DNA of 64,000 nucleotides, taken from positions 9,740,650-9,804,649 of the forward strand of contig CAJINV010000002.1 in the NCBI GenBank assembly GCA_905178155.1, in the 5' to 3' direction. Shown here one piece after another: positions 11,801-23,700 of the stretch. A program made the position numbers and the translations under genes. Below the pieces are notes generated by a model. The model was not told the origin of the DNA. It did no database searches and saw only the letters and a program-made list of their open reading frames with translations. The DNA comes from Amoebophrya sp. A120. Lineage: Eukaryota; Protista; Dinoflagellata. Position 1 is the first letter of the stretch; every line of letters starts with the position of its first letter.

Positions 11801-14035
11801 TTCATTGTCTCCTGCTGAAGTGGTTCGTTCGCTGGGAGGTGTAGACATGGACGTGATCATGGAAAATGTCGTAGATGGTTTCCAAGCATCGAACCCGGAT
11901 AAAACGGATCGTAGCGGCGCGTGGTTCGAAAACCCAGTTCCCTGGGACGAGATCCGGAATGTAGACGATAGGCACAGTGAGGAAGACGAAGAGCCAGACG
12001 CCCACAGGGTAGAACTTAGCGAATGGCGACGAACTTACCCCGGAGTTGACGACCAGGAGCTGCAAAAAATTTTCGTTGCTTTGGATGGCCAAGATGGAAT
12101 TTCAGACGGGTTCCTGAGCAAAGAAGAGTACCAAGTTCTGCTGGACTGGGCGGGAAAAGCGAAAAAAGAAGCCACTGCAGCTTCAAATAGTTCTGAAACT
12201 TCTACGAGTAAGCTTTGCACTTGGGTCGGCAGCGGTTCGTCATGCGACTGGGGGGTGGGCGATTCGCGCATGTCGGGTCGGTGCGTGACGGAGGACGCGT
12301 TGTCGTTCTTTGATTCCGAAGAGATGTATCAGGCAGAATTTGAATCGTTTCAAAAGCTAAACCGCCACTTGTTCCGGCCTAAACCTGTGGAGGTGGAACT
12401 GCAAAAGCAGGAGCGGCACGAGCAGTGCAGTGCAAAGTGCAAACCGGGCGGAGTGGTAAAACAGCGGCGCCGGATAACAGTGGAACCGAAAAACGGCGGC
12501 AAAGCCTGCCCGACGGACCTGGAGCGGGAGGTCAGCTGCAACGCAAACCGGCCGTGCGACACGGACAAAACGCGTGGTCCAGGCGAATCTTCGGAGACGA
12601 ACACTACTGAAGACTCTACTCCTGTCGCAGATCAACTTAAATCGGTGAAGGAGCACCCCACGGCTCCGCTGCCGCCGGCCGCCGGGCATGGGCTTTACCG
12701 GCACCCCGCAGTGTTCGGTGACAGCAAGGGATTTGTTGCCCTCGGCGAAGCGGTTGTTGAGAAGCTCCGCAGCCAGGGGAGTGACTTTGCCGAGAAGCAT
12801 TTCAGTGAAGAGCTCTTCGGCAAGGATCCCGTGGTGCAGGTGGAGATCTTCTCTGCCGGGGCGAATCCGGATTACAATGCGGCTTCGTCGTCGTTTCTTT
12901 CGGAAGAAGAAGCAAACGAGAACGAAGAAGCAAGCGCCACCCGCGACGAGGAAGGAAAGAAGAAGAGCAAAAGTACAAGCAAGCACAGTGGTCGTGGAAA
13001 GAAGAATAATGTGAAAGCCTCGACGTTTGCGCAAAAAAATAGGCAGATCCCCGCTCCACCGGCTCGGAAAAACGTCGAGGTTTTGAATTTCCTGACGTTC
13101 GTATGACAATGCACAACTCCCCCTCCCCCTCATTTGTCATGCAAAATACCGAGTCCGCCCTTTTCTCTTTGGCACATCTTGCATGACAGATTTCGGAAAC
13201 CGAAACAGCACTATACTCGGTCGCGAGTTTGTCATGCAAAAGCTGCATTTATGCCAGCACTTGTGTTGCTGTTAATGCCATTCAAATGAGGGGGAGGGGG
13301 AGTTGTGCACTCTCATAGTTCGACATGTTCGAGAACCTCGACTCAGACGTACACGGAGAAGACGAGGGGCAGATTGAACACAGCGCGTCGTCGTTTCTTG
13401 AAAAAGGCGATACTTCTAAGCTGAAGGCGGACCGACTGCCGTTGCAACCGAAGTTCGATATTCAGTTGGTTCTGCCGGAGGGCATGAGTTGCAAGGTGAT
13501 GAAGAAGATGGAAGATACAAGAACGCCGGCACAAGCTTTCTCATTCGTCGAAAAAAGCCCAAGGGAACAAGTTTTTGATAGTAATGAAGATGATGTTCTT
13601 GGCTCCGATGAAGAACAAACTGAAACTACAGCTATGGTCGCTGCAGGACACGATCGAAGCTCTACTCTACTACATGTTGAAAGCGACATCATGACCGGAC
13701 CAAATTTCTTCAACGACGATCATTTTTCACGAGGTGAAGAGCCACAACCACACGAAGACGAGAAACCGTTTGTTCGAAAGAGCCCTCTGTTTCGAACGTC
13801 CGCGGCAACAGAGTTGCAGAATGCGGGATTAAACCGGAGTCAGTCGCTACTCCGACGACGAGGCAGGGGACTGGGAGCATCGACGCAGAGAGCGCAGACG
13901 AGGGACACCAAGAATGTCGGTGATTTCTTGCAACAAGGGAGAAATGCCGTCGGAAAGAATTTCCTACAAAGAGGCAGAAGAAAAAAACAAAATGCCGAAC
14001 AGGACGGCGCTTTTGCCGTGACGCTTTCGCCGTGA
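5862..14035 (+). CDS. Paralog 2: large, probably secreted M64-type zinc metalloprotease with PAN/apple-like modules, split TSP1 and an EF-hand-like loop. Exons about 5862-6203, 6530-6945, 7483-8152, 8481-13101, 13323-14035.
   Basis: N-terminal hydrophobic segment; INLIFLPDGF; HELGHGLFGLKDEY at 7667 (HExxH...LxDEY pattern of IgA peptidase M64). Cys modules such as CKTRCEQDLRFCDAYTY...CRLF. TSP1 halves VDCEVSEWS and CSAKC...RRRI..PKNGGKACP...CN...C. Four introner removals join the ORFs in frame (ENL|KNVF, EG|RRIWCG, NNA|ADG, TFD|MFEN). Confidence 0.85.
6204..6524. mobile_element. Introner, family B (321 bp), DR ACTTG
   Basis: TIR core GAAAAATGCCCCCTCCCCATATC / GATATGGGGTGGGGGCTTTTTTC. DR at 6199-6203 and 6525-6529. 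Frame restored. Confidence 0.9.
6947..7478. mobile_element. Introner, family F (532 bp including a nested insert), DR AGGGG/AGGGC
   Basis: TATGCAAGAAAAAAACTGTGTAAGTGTAA...TTACACTTACACACTTTTTTTCCTGGATA. The site is uninterrupted in paralog 3 (ILEGRRINCG). Confidence 0.85.
7080..7383 (+). mobile_element. Poly(A)-tailed SINE/retroposon-like insert nested in the family F introner
   Basis: 19-bp direct repeat AAACCATGCATGACAGGTT at 7061-7079 and 7384-7402. A-tract at the 3' end. About six GAAAWTCAAAA repeats near the 5' end. Confidence 0.75.
8153..8475. mobile_element. Introner, family B (323 bp), DR ACGCG
   Basis: TIR AAAATCCCCCCTCCCCATATCGAA / TTCGATATGAGGAGGGGGGATTTT. DR at 8148-8152 and 8476-8480. 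In frame with the ORF at 8637. Confidence 0.92.
13102..13317. mobile_element. Introner, family G (216 bp), DR GTTCG
   Basis: TIR TGCACAACTCCCCCTCCCCCTCATTTG / CAAATGAGGGGGAGGGGGAGTTGTGCA. DR at 13097-13101 and 13318-13322. Spliced TFDMFEN matches TFDIFEN in paralog 3. Confidence 0.93.
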
Positions 14036-14309
14036 CGCTGCATCACCTGAACCGACTAGTGCGACTGAAGAAGAAGCAGGGGCTGGTTGCGCCAATACAC
14101 CGACAACGAACAAGCAAAACCAGTTCGATCATAAGCAGGAGTTCGGGACTACATCGTCTTCATTCATCACGGCTGACAAAGGTAAAGTCGCCCGCGAAAT
14201 AATTTCTTGCAAGCGGACCACGAAGGGTAGCACGGAAAAAGACGAACAGGAAAGGCAACACCCTTCGGCAAAAAGAAAAAATCAAAATGAGTGTGCCCCT
14301 TCTACTTGG

Positions 14310-14996
14310 GTGAAGGATGTGTTTTCCCAGATACGGAGTACGGTGATCCACGAGTTCCACCAGACCTCGGGAAAGATCGTCACCGCCAGAAGACAAGTCG
14401 AGAAGACCCTGCTCAGCATTTATGCGCATCACCGAAAATCGACCGAAAATCAAAAAGTGAAAGACGATCGGCGTACTACTGCGACGGCACAACTTGAAAA
14501 CTTTCCCTTGGGCGCGAACGTTGAGGAGAACCATTACGTGTGCGATTTGGGTGCGATGCTGAACCTGTTCTGCGTCTTTGACCTCTGGGAGGAGCTCTCT
14601 TTCCTGGACATTGCCAATTCCTACCTCAGTTTTCGACTCCGCGAGCGGCTGTCGTACCAAGCAGTGGCTGTACGTGACCGTTTCGATGGAACCTTCGAGC
14701 CTGGCGATGCCCGTCCGTCTGCCGAGTCTTTTTCCGGTCCCGGTCTTCGGGAGCTCGGCTCCATCATAAAGCTGCTGCCTGAAAACATCCGTCATGCTGT
14801 CGAGTTTACCGCTGCCAACCGAAATAAGGGAAAAGCCGTCCCCTACATGAGCGTGCCTGATCATGAGCAATTCCTTCCGTCGGCGTCAAATTTTTATCAT
14901 CAGCGAAGTCAATGGTCGGTGGCACAGCTTCCCTTCAGGAGTGCGCAGAACCAGTGTAAGTTGATCTGCCAACACGACTATTCGCGCTACAAATAA
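14310..14996 (+). CDS. Hypothetical protein or exon (start uncertain)
   Basis: 228-codon open frame with protein-like composition on the coding strand. No clear ATG start and no motif recognised. Confidence 0.35.
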   Translation: MKDVFSQIRSTVIHEFHQTSGKIVTARRQVEKTLLSIYAHHRKSTENQKVKDDRRTTATAQLENFPLGANVEENHYVCDLGAMLNLFCVFDLWEELSFLDIANSYLSFRLRERLSYQAVAVRDRFDGTFEPGDARPSAESFSGPGLRELGSIIKLLPENIRHAVEFTAANRNKGKAVPYMSVPDHEQFLPSASNFYHQRSQWSVAQLPFRSAQNQCKLICQHDYSRYK

Positions 14997-15493
14997 AAAA
15001 TAAAAAGCAAAAGAAAAACAGCTAAAAAAAAGCTTCACTTACTCATGATACAAACAAAACTGATGAGGCAGTTTCAAATGTCGCATTCGCTTGTCTCACT
15101 TTCGTTTCGAACTTCGAATTCGGTTTCGTTTTTCTTCGACGCACAGAGTGGGGTTTTCTTCGATGGAAAGATCGGGCAAAAGGTAGCACAAAGCGGCTCA
15201 ACACTAAAGATATGTCTCCACATCAGCACCGGGGAAACTGTGAGAGACAAAAAAAAGGTTTTCATTTGGAACACAACAATGTGCTCTTCTGTTCAGTAAA
15301 TAATCCCGCAGTCCAGTCGTGCAGGCGTTGTCTGCGACACTTTTGCAGCTCCAATCTCAGTAATACCTTATCAGCCATCTTCCTACCCTATCCACCTCTA
15401 TGAAAAGAGTAAGCACTTCTATCATGCGCGGCGATCTTGATAAGCATACTTGTTGAAAAATCATTCACAACCACCTCCACATCTAAAAAAACC

Positions 15494-16513
15494 ATGAGCC
15501 TCAAACCAGAACTCGATCGCAGTCTTCAACGGGGGCTGCTCGAGGAGCACGCACGGCATGTGCAGCTGCGTCCCGGTGTAGCGGCGTTCGTTGTAGAACA
15601 ATGGGAAGAGCAAGTTGCGAAAGCTTCGCGGTCACTCTTCCGCACCGCAGCGCTGTCTCGGGACAACACCAATCCCAGCAACGCGCCTGGGGCAACATCC
15701 TCGACGACAATGTCTAATCCAGCCTACAGCACTGGCAAGGGAAACGGGAAAGGACAGGGACCTGCGGACAGCTTTTGCCGAATTGTGGATGAGATGCTGC
15801 ACTGCACTGGCGACGCGATGCTTGATTGTATGACAACCATGCACAGCGAGGACAAGGCCAAGCACCTCAAGTCGCTGACGGTTGCGCAACTCGTCCAGCC
15901 ACGGATTCGGAAGACCATCCCCTACTCCGATGTTTTCTCGCAAGGCGGTTGTGCCTTCCTTGGGAACCACGATGCTTTGAAGATCGGCTCGACTGGGACA
16001 GGCAAAGGAAAAGGGAAGACGGCTCCTGCCTCCGAGACGACCACTTCCGCATCTAATTCGCAACGCCTTCTCCCAACTGTCAGTGACGTTTTCGAGGCAA
16101 GACTTGTGAAAGACGCAATCGTCAACTGCCTCGTACCGTTGTCGCAAATGAAATTATTCGCGTCCTCTTCAAGCTGCTCCACTTCCGACACACGGAACAG
16201 GAATGCGTTGGGACAACTCCTCTTGCCCCGACTATGGAGTACTTTACCCTCGCCGATGACTAGCTTGTACTTCGCACAGCTAGAACTAAATACCACGCAT
16301 CAAGTCGAAAAGATGAATCAGGACGACGGAACGGAATCGGACAAGCTTCTTCCCTTCGTTTTCTTTGCCTCCATCCCGGCGATCGAAAGCGGGCGGTGTG
16401 GCCAAGATGTGATGGGAATCATTGAAGAATTCGTCGGGTCCTTTGAGTTTTCCAAGGTCTTCTGGAGCATCGACGCAGAGAGCGCAGACGAGGGAGACCA
16501 AGAATGTCGGTGA
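15494..16513 (+). CDS. Hypothetical protein (about 339 aa)
   Basis: Long ORF from ACCATG, with GKGxGKG and S/T-rich linkers like other proteins in the window. No family recognised. Confidence 0.6.
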   Translation: MSLKPELDRSLQRGLLEEHARHVQLRPGVAAFVVEQWEEQVAKASRSLFRTAALSRDNTNPSNAPGATSSTTMSNPAYSTGKGNGKGQGPADSFCRIVDEMLHCTGDAMLDCMTTMHSEDKAKHLKSLTVAQLVQPRIRKTIPYSDVFSQGGCAFLGNHDALKIGSTGTGKGKGKTAPASETTTSASNSQRLLPTVSDVFEARLVKDAIVNCLVPLSQMKLFASSSSCSTSDTRNRNALGQLLLPRLWSTLPSPMTSLYFAQLELNTTHQVEKMNQDDGTESDKLLPFVFFASIPAIESGRCGQDVMGIIEEFVGSFEFSKVFWSIDAESADEGDQECR

Positions 16514-17746
16514 TGGCGTCGGAAGGAATTTCTTGCAACGAGGAAGGAGCAGAGAAAAAGCCGCACAAGTGGAACGTCGAGATGACGACGGGGAATTTTT
16601 AACTGGCGAGGTGTAGTGCAGCGAGTTGCAACACGTTTGGTGTGGTAGATTATTTGCACAACTTGATGTCGCGTCTCGCTTTTACATCAGAAAGGCTAGT
16701 GTAGCCTAAACCTCGGAAAGGGAAACTCGCTGAAGTCATGAATTCAAAAGTTAGTAACAAACTTTATCGTTTCGCCTTTTCATCTCGCGATGTTGTAATT
16801 CCTACTTGTACTTGATTCTCATTTTGTTTCATCCGCACTCGTTTTTCATTCAACGTCAAATATCAACAACTGGCTCTGGCAGCTACCACTGGTATATGTC
16901 ATTGGTGACGGTTACGTCGTCGAACTTGTTATTTATGCCGTTTCTTTTAGGAAGACGAAGATGATCTTCGTCTTGTCGAGCAGTGGACAAACGAAATTTG
17001 CAAACTGTACGATTCATTGGCAGTGTTGCCTTTATTGTACACAGACGCCGAACGCCCACGCGCACGTAGTTTCGAACCTGCAAATGTGTGCGTTTTGGCT
17101 TTTCATCTAAGTGCAGTTGCCTGGGATGGAGCTGCAGTGGAGGCAGCAAAAACAAGGGCAAAACAGCTCGGACGGTTGTCGCTGCAAGCGTCAACACTCG
17201 TTGTCGTACTATGCGGACGAGGTCCTTTTTGCGTATCCGCCGCGGTTAGCGTATCTACTCCGAAATTATCGTGGTCGTACGTCGCAGATGAATCAACTTT
17301 TCTATGGGACGATAAGAGGAATCAATTGCGTTTGGGCTCGTACTCGTAGTCCACCCATCTGATAGATTGCAATTGTTTCAGGCAACACGTCACTCACGTC
17401 ACTTGCATAAAAACGAACCGACGTAAAGCTATCCTTGGCAGCCCACGTCTCGTAGTCGTAATAGAGACCAACGTGCTACACATGATCGCCAACATCGTCA
17501 ACACTAGCCGCACTTGAACGTAAAAGCAATCAACAATCGTCATTGTCGCAGTAGCTTTTCACCGGGTAGTGTGACGCGGCGTTTTTTTTTTTGAAATCTT
17601 GAATAGACGTAGCTAAATGTACTTACTTATTTGCATCTTGAGTTTCGCTTTCGGCTCGTCATGATTTGTCCGTTGATTTTGATTTTGTTTCTATGTGGGA
17701 AGAAAAAAAAATGTCTGCCATTTCCACACAGCATCTACACAGCTAA

Positions 17747-20700
17747 ATGGTGTCGATAAACAGAGGCAGACGCGCACCCGCAACCCAAAGACGAGAGACC
17801 TCGTTCTCATCAATGGTTCCTCCGGGCAGCTATCGAACGGTTGAAACCGTACGACGCGGATACCATCCGTTGTTTCCCGCTCTGTTTCACAAGGGCGCAT
17901 TCCTGGAAAAATTGGCGCTACTTCTCTTTCCCTTCTTTCACGACCTCGTCACCCGCAATATCCTCGCGGAGAACGCAGCCACGAGCACCGCGACCGGGAA
18001 CTACAGCAAAGGAGACGACTCCTCCTCCTCCTCCTCCTCCTGCTGTAATGGCGGAGATGAGGACATCTCGACCGACCTTCAAGGGCGGCAAAACGGAGAC
18101 AACGCGGTGCCACCAGAAGGGCCCCCGCCTTCAGGGCCCCCGCCTGCAGGAGCATATAATCGGACTACTCCGGGTCAGAAATCCTTGGATGATTTCTTAC
18201 TGCGCAGCTCTGGCAATGATCCCACGCTCTGGCAGTGGCCGAAGAATCAAACTAGCGGCCAGGTGGTATCACCGGCCATGGCGCTGCCGGAAAAGCGACG
18301 TACAGAATGGGTAAACCGCGTCACCACGGCCGAGCGCAGCTGCATTCCGATATCCGCAAATACCGAGGCGGAAAACGCAATCAACATGATTTTTCTGCCG
18401 GATGGCTTTCACGAGTACGGCCGGGAGGGGCGGATGCGGTGGAAAGACTCGGTGGACCGCTACGCCGAGGGGTTCCAACGGGTGCGAGCGTTCGACGCCT
18501 CGGCCAACCGGGGGCTCAACCTGTGGTACGTCGACCGGCAGATCGACGTCCTGCCGAGCCACTTGGAAAACACCCCCTACCGACACTGCGCGATACTCGA
18601 GGGGCGGCGCATCAACTGCGGGGCGATAGCCATGTGGCACCGGTGGGCCGCAAAGAACTGCGGATCCGGACTGTACCAGATCTTGTTCGTGATCGCGAAC
18701 TACGAAGAGTACCGGGGAACGGCCATCCCGCGCGAGCACTACGGCATGGGCACGATCGCGCCCGGCCAGTTCGTTGTCCTCGGCATGCACGAACTGGCCC
18801 ACGCCCTGTTCGGATTGAAGGACGAGTACACTTACACCACAGTCCCTACCAACGTCCCGGAGAAAGCGGCGAATTGCGATAGGTGCAGTTTCGAAACTCG
18901 CTGGGATGGTACCTTCGAGTTACTTCAAAATGGCGACAACTGCAGAAAGTGGCGGGATTTGATTCAACTAAGGGAGGAAAGGGGGGTGGAAATGCTGGAC
19001 GGTGTCGCAAACGACGCAGCCTGCTACCCGGGGATGTGCCACAAGGCGGAATACTGCTCGAGTCATCCGCACACAATGTTGCTTACCCTACAGGCCGTCG
19101 GGGTGCTATCCTGAATAAGATTGTCACCATCTTCACGCTCAGCTTGTGGTGCATGATTCGCCAACATTAATTTGTCATGTTCGTACGTCTGCTTGCATTA
19201 GCTATTACAAATTAGGTTCGTTTTTGCACCGCAAACAGAAAGAAAATGCTGGTAATTTTTTCTGGGACAAGAGCTGGGGATTGTGAACGAGCGGCTGACA
19301 TGCTGCAAGTTCGTCTCGTTACTGCAGGTGGTCCCCGCGTACTGCCAAAAATTTTACAAGCGAGAAGGATTGGTCGACCTAATGGAACTCTGTACGACGA
19401 GCTGGACCGCCGACTATCATCCGGCACGCTTGCAACGAAGAGACGAAAGCTTTAATGCCCTCGGAGGAGGTTCGGCGGCCCCAATGACAGATAAAGTCGA
19501 TATTTCAAGAGACAACGCCGAATACCTGATGCCGGTGCGGCTGCCGGCTGCAGTGCCGCCGAAAAGAGCAAGCGGGTCCTCCGCACCGTCCTCTGCAAGA
19601 TCGTCCTCCTCTACCCGATTACTGGGAGCAGCAGCCTCCTCTCGTCCCCGACTGGGCGCAGATGATACCTCATTTGTTCCGCCGCTCGAAGTACCAAGTG
19701 CACATATGTCGGAGGAAAAAATATGTGCAGCATTGTATCATGCAGCTTTCGGAAATCGGAATTACGCGCACGAGCTGAAATGCGAATTTCTGTAGAAGCA
19801 TCAGACGTTTTGCGAAGAATTCTCGATGTTGCCTACGTCCGTATTCCGCATAACGAGACGTTCGCAAGTCGTACAGAAAAAGAGACGAATATGCACAGTA
19901 GCTTTTCGTCGAGGTTATGCATTTACAGATTTTTGTTCTGTACACGTAAAGTCAAGTACTAGAAGCACGCAAAACAGGTTGGATTTCTTCCCGACACATT
20001 CGCAGTGGATACGAACATATTGACGGGAGCGGTGACCGTGCGACGATGACCGATCTGGTGCAAGAGTTAGAATACCTTGGTCTGCATACCAGCAGCCACA
20101 ACACTGCCGCTCTGATCGTGCCAGAAGGAACAAGCATCATAGACGACAAGGAATTCGGGATGTACCCCTCTCGGGATGTATCCCAAGAGTACCCCGACGG
20201 TCAAATAGGTGGCGGTGGTCAAATAGGTGGTACTAATCGAACTTCAACCGGGGAAGCGTACGAAGCACCAGCACGGGTTTTGAAAACGGTAACGCAGCTG
20301 CAGGAGCAACTTGGTCTTACGCGGCCGCCGAGTCACCCGTTGGAGCGAAACTTGCTGTCGAACAAGGATGTAACCACGCGCCCGTCTAGTGGGAGCGAGA
20401 GATTCGTGCTTGTGCCGAACCCTGCGGAGTGGCGGCTGTGGCGGAGGGACGCTTCCTCGGACTGGCACTGCGAGCGGCTGTTCGTGAGCGACAAAATCCC
20501 GATGGTGGACGAAGTGTACGCCCCCGCTGGAACGACCGAAGCGGACCACTACAGGCGGGGTGGAGTGAGCCAAAGGCGGGCGCGGGGCATCTTCCAGCCG
20601 AAATTTGACAAATTCGAGATCGAAGAGGCCGATGCCGACCTGCTTCTGACAGCCCTTCTCGATACTTCGCCCGGAGATGATAAACTTCTGGGCTCGTCGT

Positions 20701-23700
20701 CGCAGGGCGGAGATGTCGATCAAAGGGTGGAGAATTATGGGACGAAGATCTCGGCTGTCCTGTACACTGCAAGCAAGCCCTACTGCTGGACCCCAGGCTA
20801 TGGGCAGCGGAACAATAAAGAGAGTGGCACGACAAGAACTTCTAGTCAGGAAGATGTAGTTGATAACCAACCCGCATCATCATGGGACGCCTGGTCTCGA
20901 AACTGGAAAAGCGAAATACCCTGGCAGCCCGCTGGGTCTGGGGGTGTTTTGTGCAAAATCGAGAACTTCGATGAGAACCGAATCAATATCGAAGATGCAG
21001 ATGCTGTTGACCCAGCCATGGTTTCCCCGTGTGCCCAGGCGGTGGAGTACGTGAACAAACTTGGCCGGGAGTTGTCCCTTCCGTCCGGAGCAAGCAGGAC
21101 CGCGAGCGCGAGGTCCGCATTTTTTGAAAAGGAGGTGAAGTTTTCTCTCCTTCCTTGGTTTGACGAAAAAAATTACGGGCCGGGTGCCGAGTGGAAGTGC
21201 GAGATGATTTGTGACATGATAAGCCGCTGCGTCATGTACAGTATGCAAGTTGGAGATGTTGATGAAGCAGGTGGTGTTCCTGCAGGAGGTTTTCAGAATG
21301 TTCAAAGCGGCACCCAAAAGCATCGCCGCCTTCCACCTCCTGTGTGCTCTACGGCATCGATGGGACCGAAGGGATCAAAGCCGATGATCCGTCTGCAGCA
21401 GGAGTGGACGTCGGCCTCGACGCAGGCGCAGCGCGGGCGCCGACTGATAAGGCCCCCTCTTCAAAAACAGCCGCGATTTGCGTTCGCCGACTGTGTGAGG
21501 TGTTAGAAGACGAGGAAAAGACTGAGCCTGATCATGGCATCTCGCCCATCAAGACCGGGGCAGAGGAATTAGCCCAGCTGTTTATGACGGAAGCGGAGAT
21601 GTTGAAAAGTGAGCCGCACGAAGATGTGCGTCCTCGTTCCTTCCGGGATATCTTCTCCGAAAAGTATTGCAAGGCCAAAGTTGACTGTGAAGTCACCGAA
21701 TGGTCGACGCGCATCCCGCCTTTGCAGGCAAAACCGACGTCGCCCGACGGGGCAGCGCGCCAAGAAACACCGGCGGGAGACTCCCAGCAGATGGCCGGTG
21801 GAGGACCGATAAGCACCGAGCTCGTGAATTCGGCGTTCACGCGCGTCCTTCCCGCGTTTATCCGCGATAACCCGGAACAGTACGAGAAGGCTTGCACGAT
21901 CGAGCGCAGCACTGTGCTCAGCAACAAGCTGGGGACTTACCTGATTTTGACGGACCAAGCGCCCGAATACAAAAATGAACCGCGGCGAGCTCTATACAAA
22001 AATGAACCGCTTACCTTTGCAAATTGCAAGAAGCGGTGCGAACAGGATCTGTTGCACTGCGACGCCTACACGTATTGGTCGGTGCCGGTCGGGCACGCGC
22101 TGGACTCGGGGGAAGAAATCACAGTCGGATCCGCAAGAATCCGCGACAAACTCGACCACCGCCAGGAATGTCGGCTCTTTTCGAAGTTGAAAATGGTCCA
22201 GGAAATGAACGCGGAGGAAAATGTTACCACTGGCCCCAACAACTACTTTTCCCTCTCCCCGATCCCGCTCACGGATAGTAACGCGCTCGACGGCACATTT
22301 CCCGTCTTTTACCGCCGGAATCACCGCCGGTTTACGAGCGGACACTGTGCGATCGTGGATAAAACGAGGCTTTTTTTCGAGTTCGAACCGTATCGCAAAA
22401 ACGGCGGAGCCACTGCCGAGATTCTTGACGACCCCGAGAGATCGAAAAGATTCTCAGAAGGCAGGTTGGAGATGAACAAGCAGGCCCAGCTGCTTCGCTG
22501 GACGCCGTTCTTGCATAACGAGTACAACGTGCTGGCGAGCGGCGACGTGGAGCCGGCGCAGCAACGGTTTCTCTCCACCTCCGCGTCCACGGATGAAACG
22601 GGGGAAAGGATGATCTTCCGGAAGCGCTGCTCGGTAGAGGAAATGACCGACTTTCCGACATTTTATCCTTCTTGGGGATACACCTTTGGACATGATGATC
22701 TCGGTGCGCCGCAGCTCGTGGCTGGCGTAACAGAGGAGCTGTCTCCCGAGGCTTTACTCGAGCGGTTGCGGGATGAAAACGATAAGACTCTGACGCTCCC
22801 CCGAACAGAAGATGCACGAATGCGCAAGGAGCTCGCGAACACAGTTTTCAAAAACATCTTGCTGGTCCAGGATCTTCCAGAGGACGATCCTGCTAAAGGT
22901 GAAACGTTTACTGGGGATCGCTTTGCTTTCCTGGATCGGAACAAGGCCTCGCGAGGGTGCCGGATTATGTGCGAGCTCGTGAAAAGGTGTAGCGTGTATG
23001 TGCATACAATAGGCCCGATAGGGGTATGCGTATTGAAGCCTGTTGGATCCGCGGTCACCCCAAACTGGTTTCCTGAGTGGATGGACCTTAGGGATGCCTC
23101 GGACACCGAGATCTGGAAGACGTCGAGGGTAGTTCTGGAAGACGTCGAACGATACCACACTTTCACGGCTCAGAACAAAGCCAATCCTGGAAAATCCATA
23201 CCCTGGAAGGAGATGCACAAGAAAATCTGCTACGAGAAACTGGCACCCTGCTGTGACATGAGGTCGTCCGACTCCGAGTGTAAAACAGCGCGCGACACCT
23301 CTTCCGGCGAAAAACTGTGTACCTTCCTGTGGGACGGAAGCGGATCCACGTGCGACTGGGGGGAAGGAGCCTCGCGCACGTCCGGCCGATGCGTCATGAA
23401 CCCGGAGAGCGAGGAGTTGTTCTTCAACGACCGGAACATGTACGAAAGGGAATTTGAAGCTTTCAAATCGCTGAACGCCCACCTGTTTAAACCGAAGCCG
23501 GCCGAGGTGGAACTCAGCAAGGAAGTGGTCCACGAGCAGTGCAGCGCGAAGTGCAGACCCGGGGGGCAGGTGAAGCAGCGTCGGCGGATCCTCACCGCGG
23601 CGAAAAACGGTGGCAAGGCGTGTCCCACCATTCTGGAGCGGATGGTCAGTTGCAACTCGCATCGGCCCTGCAAAAATGGAAGAGCTTCGGAGGTTGGGGA

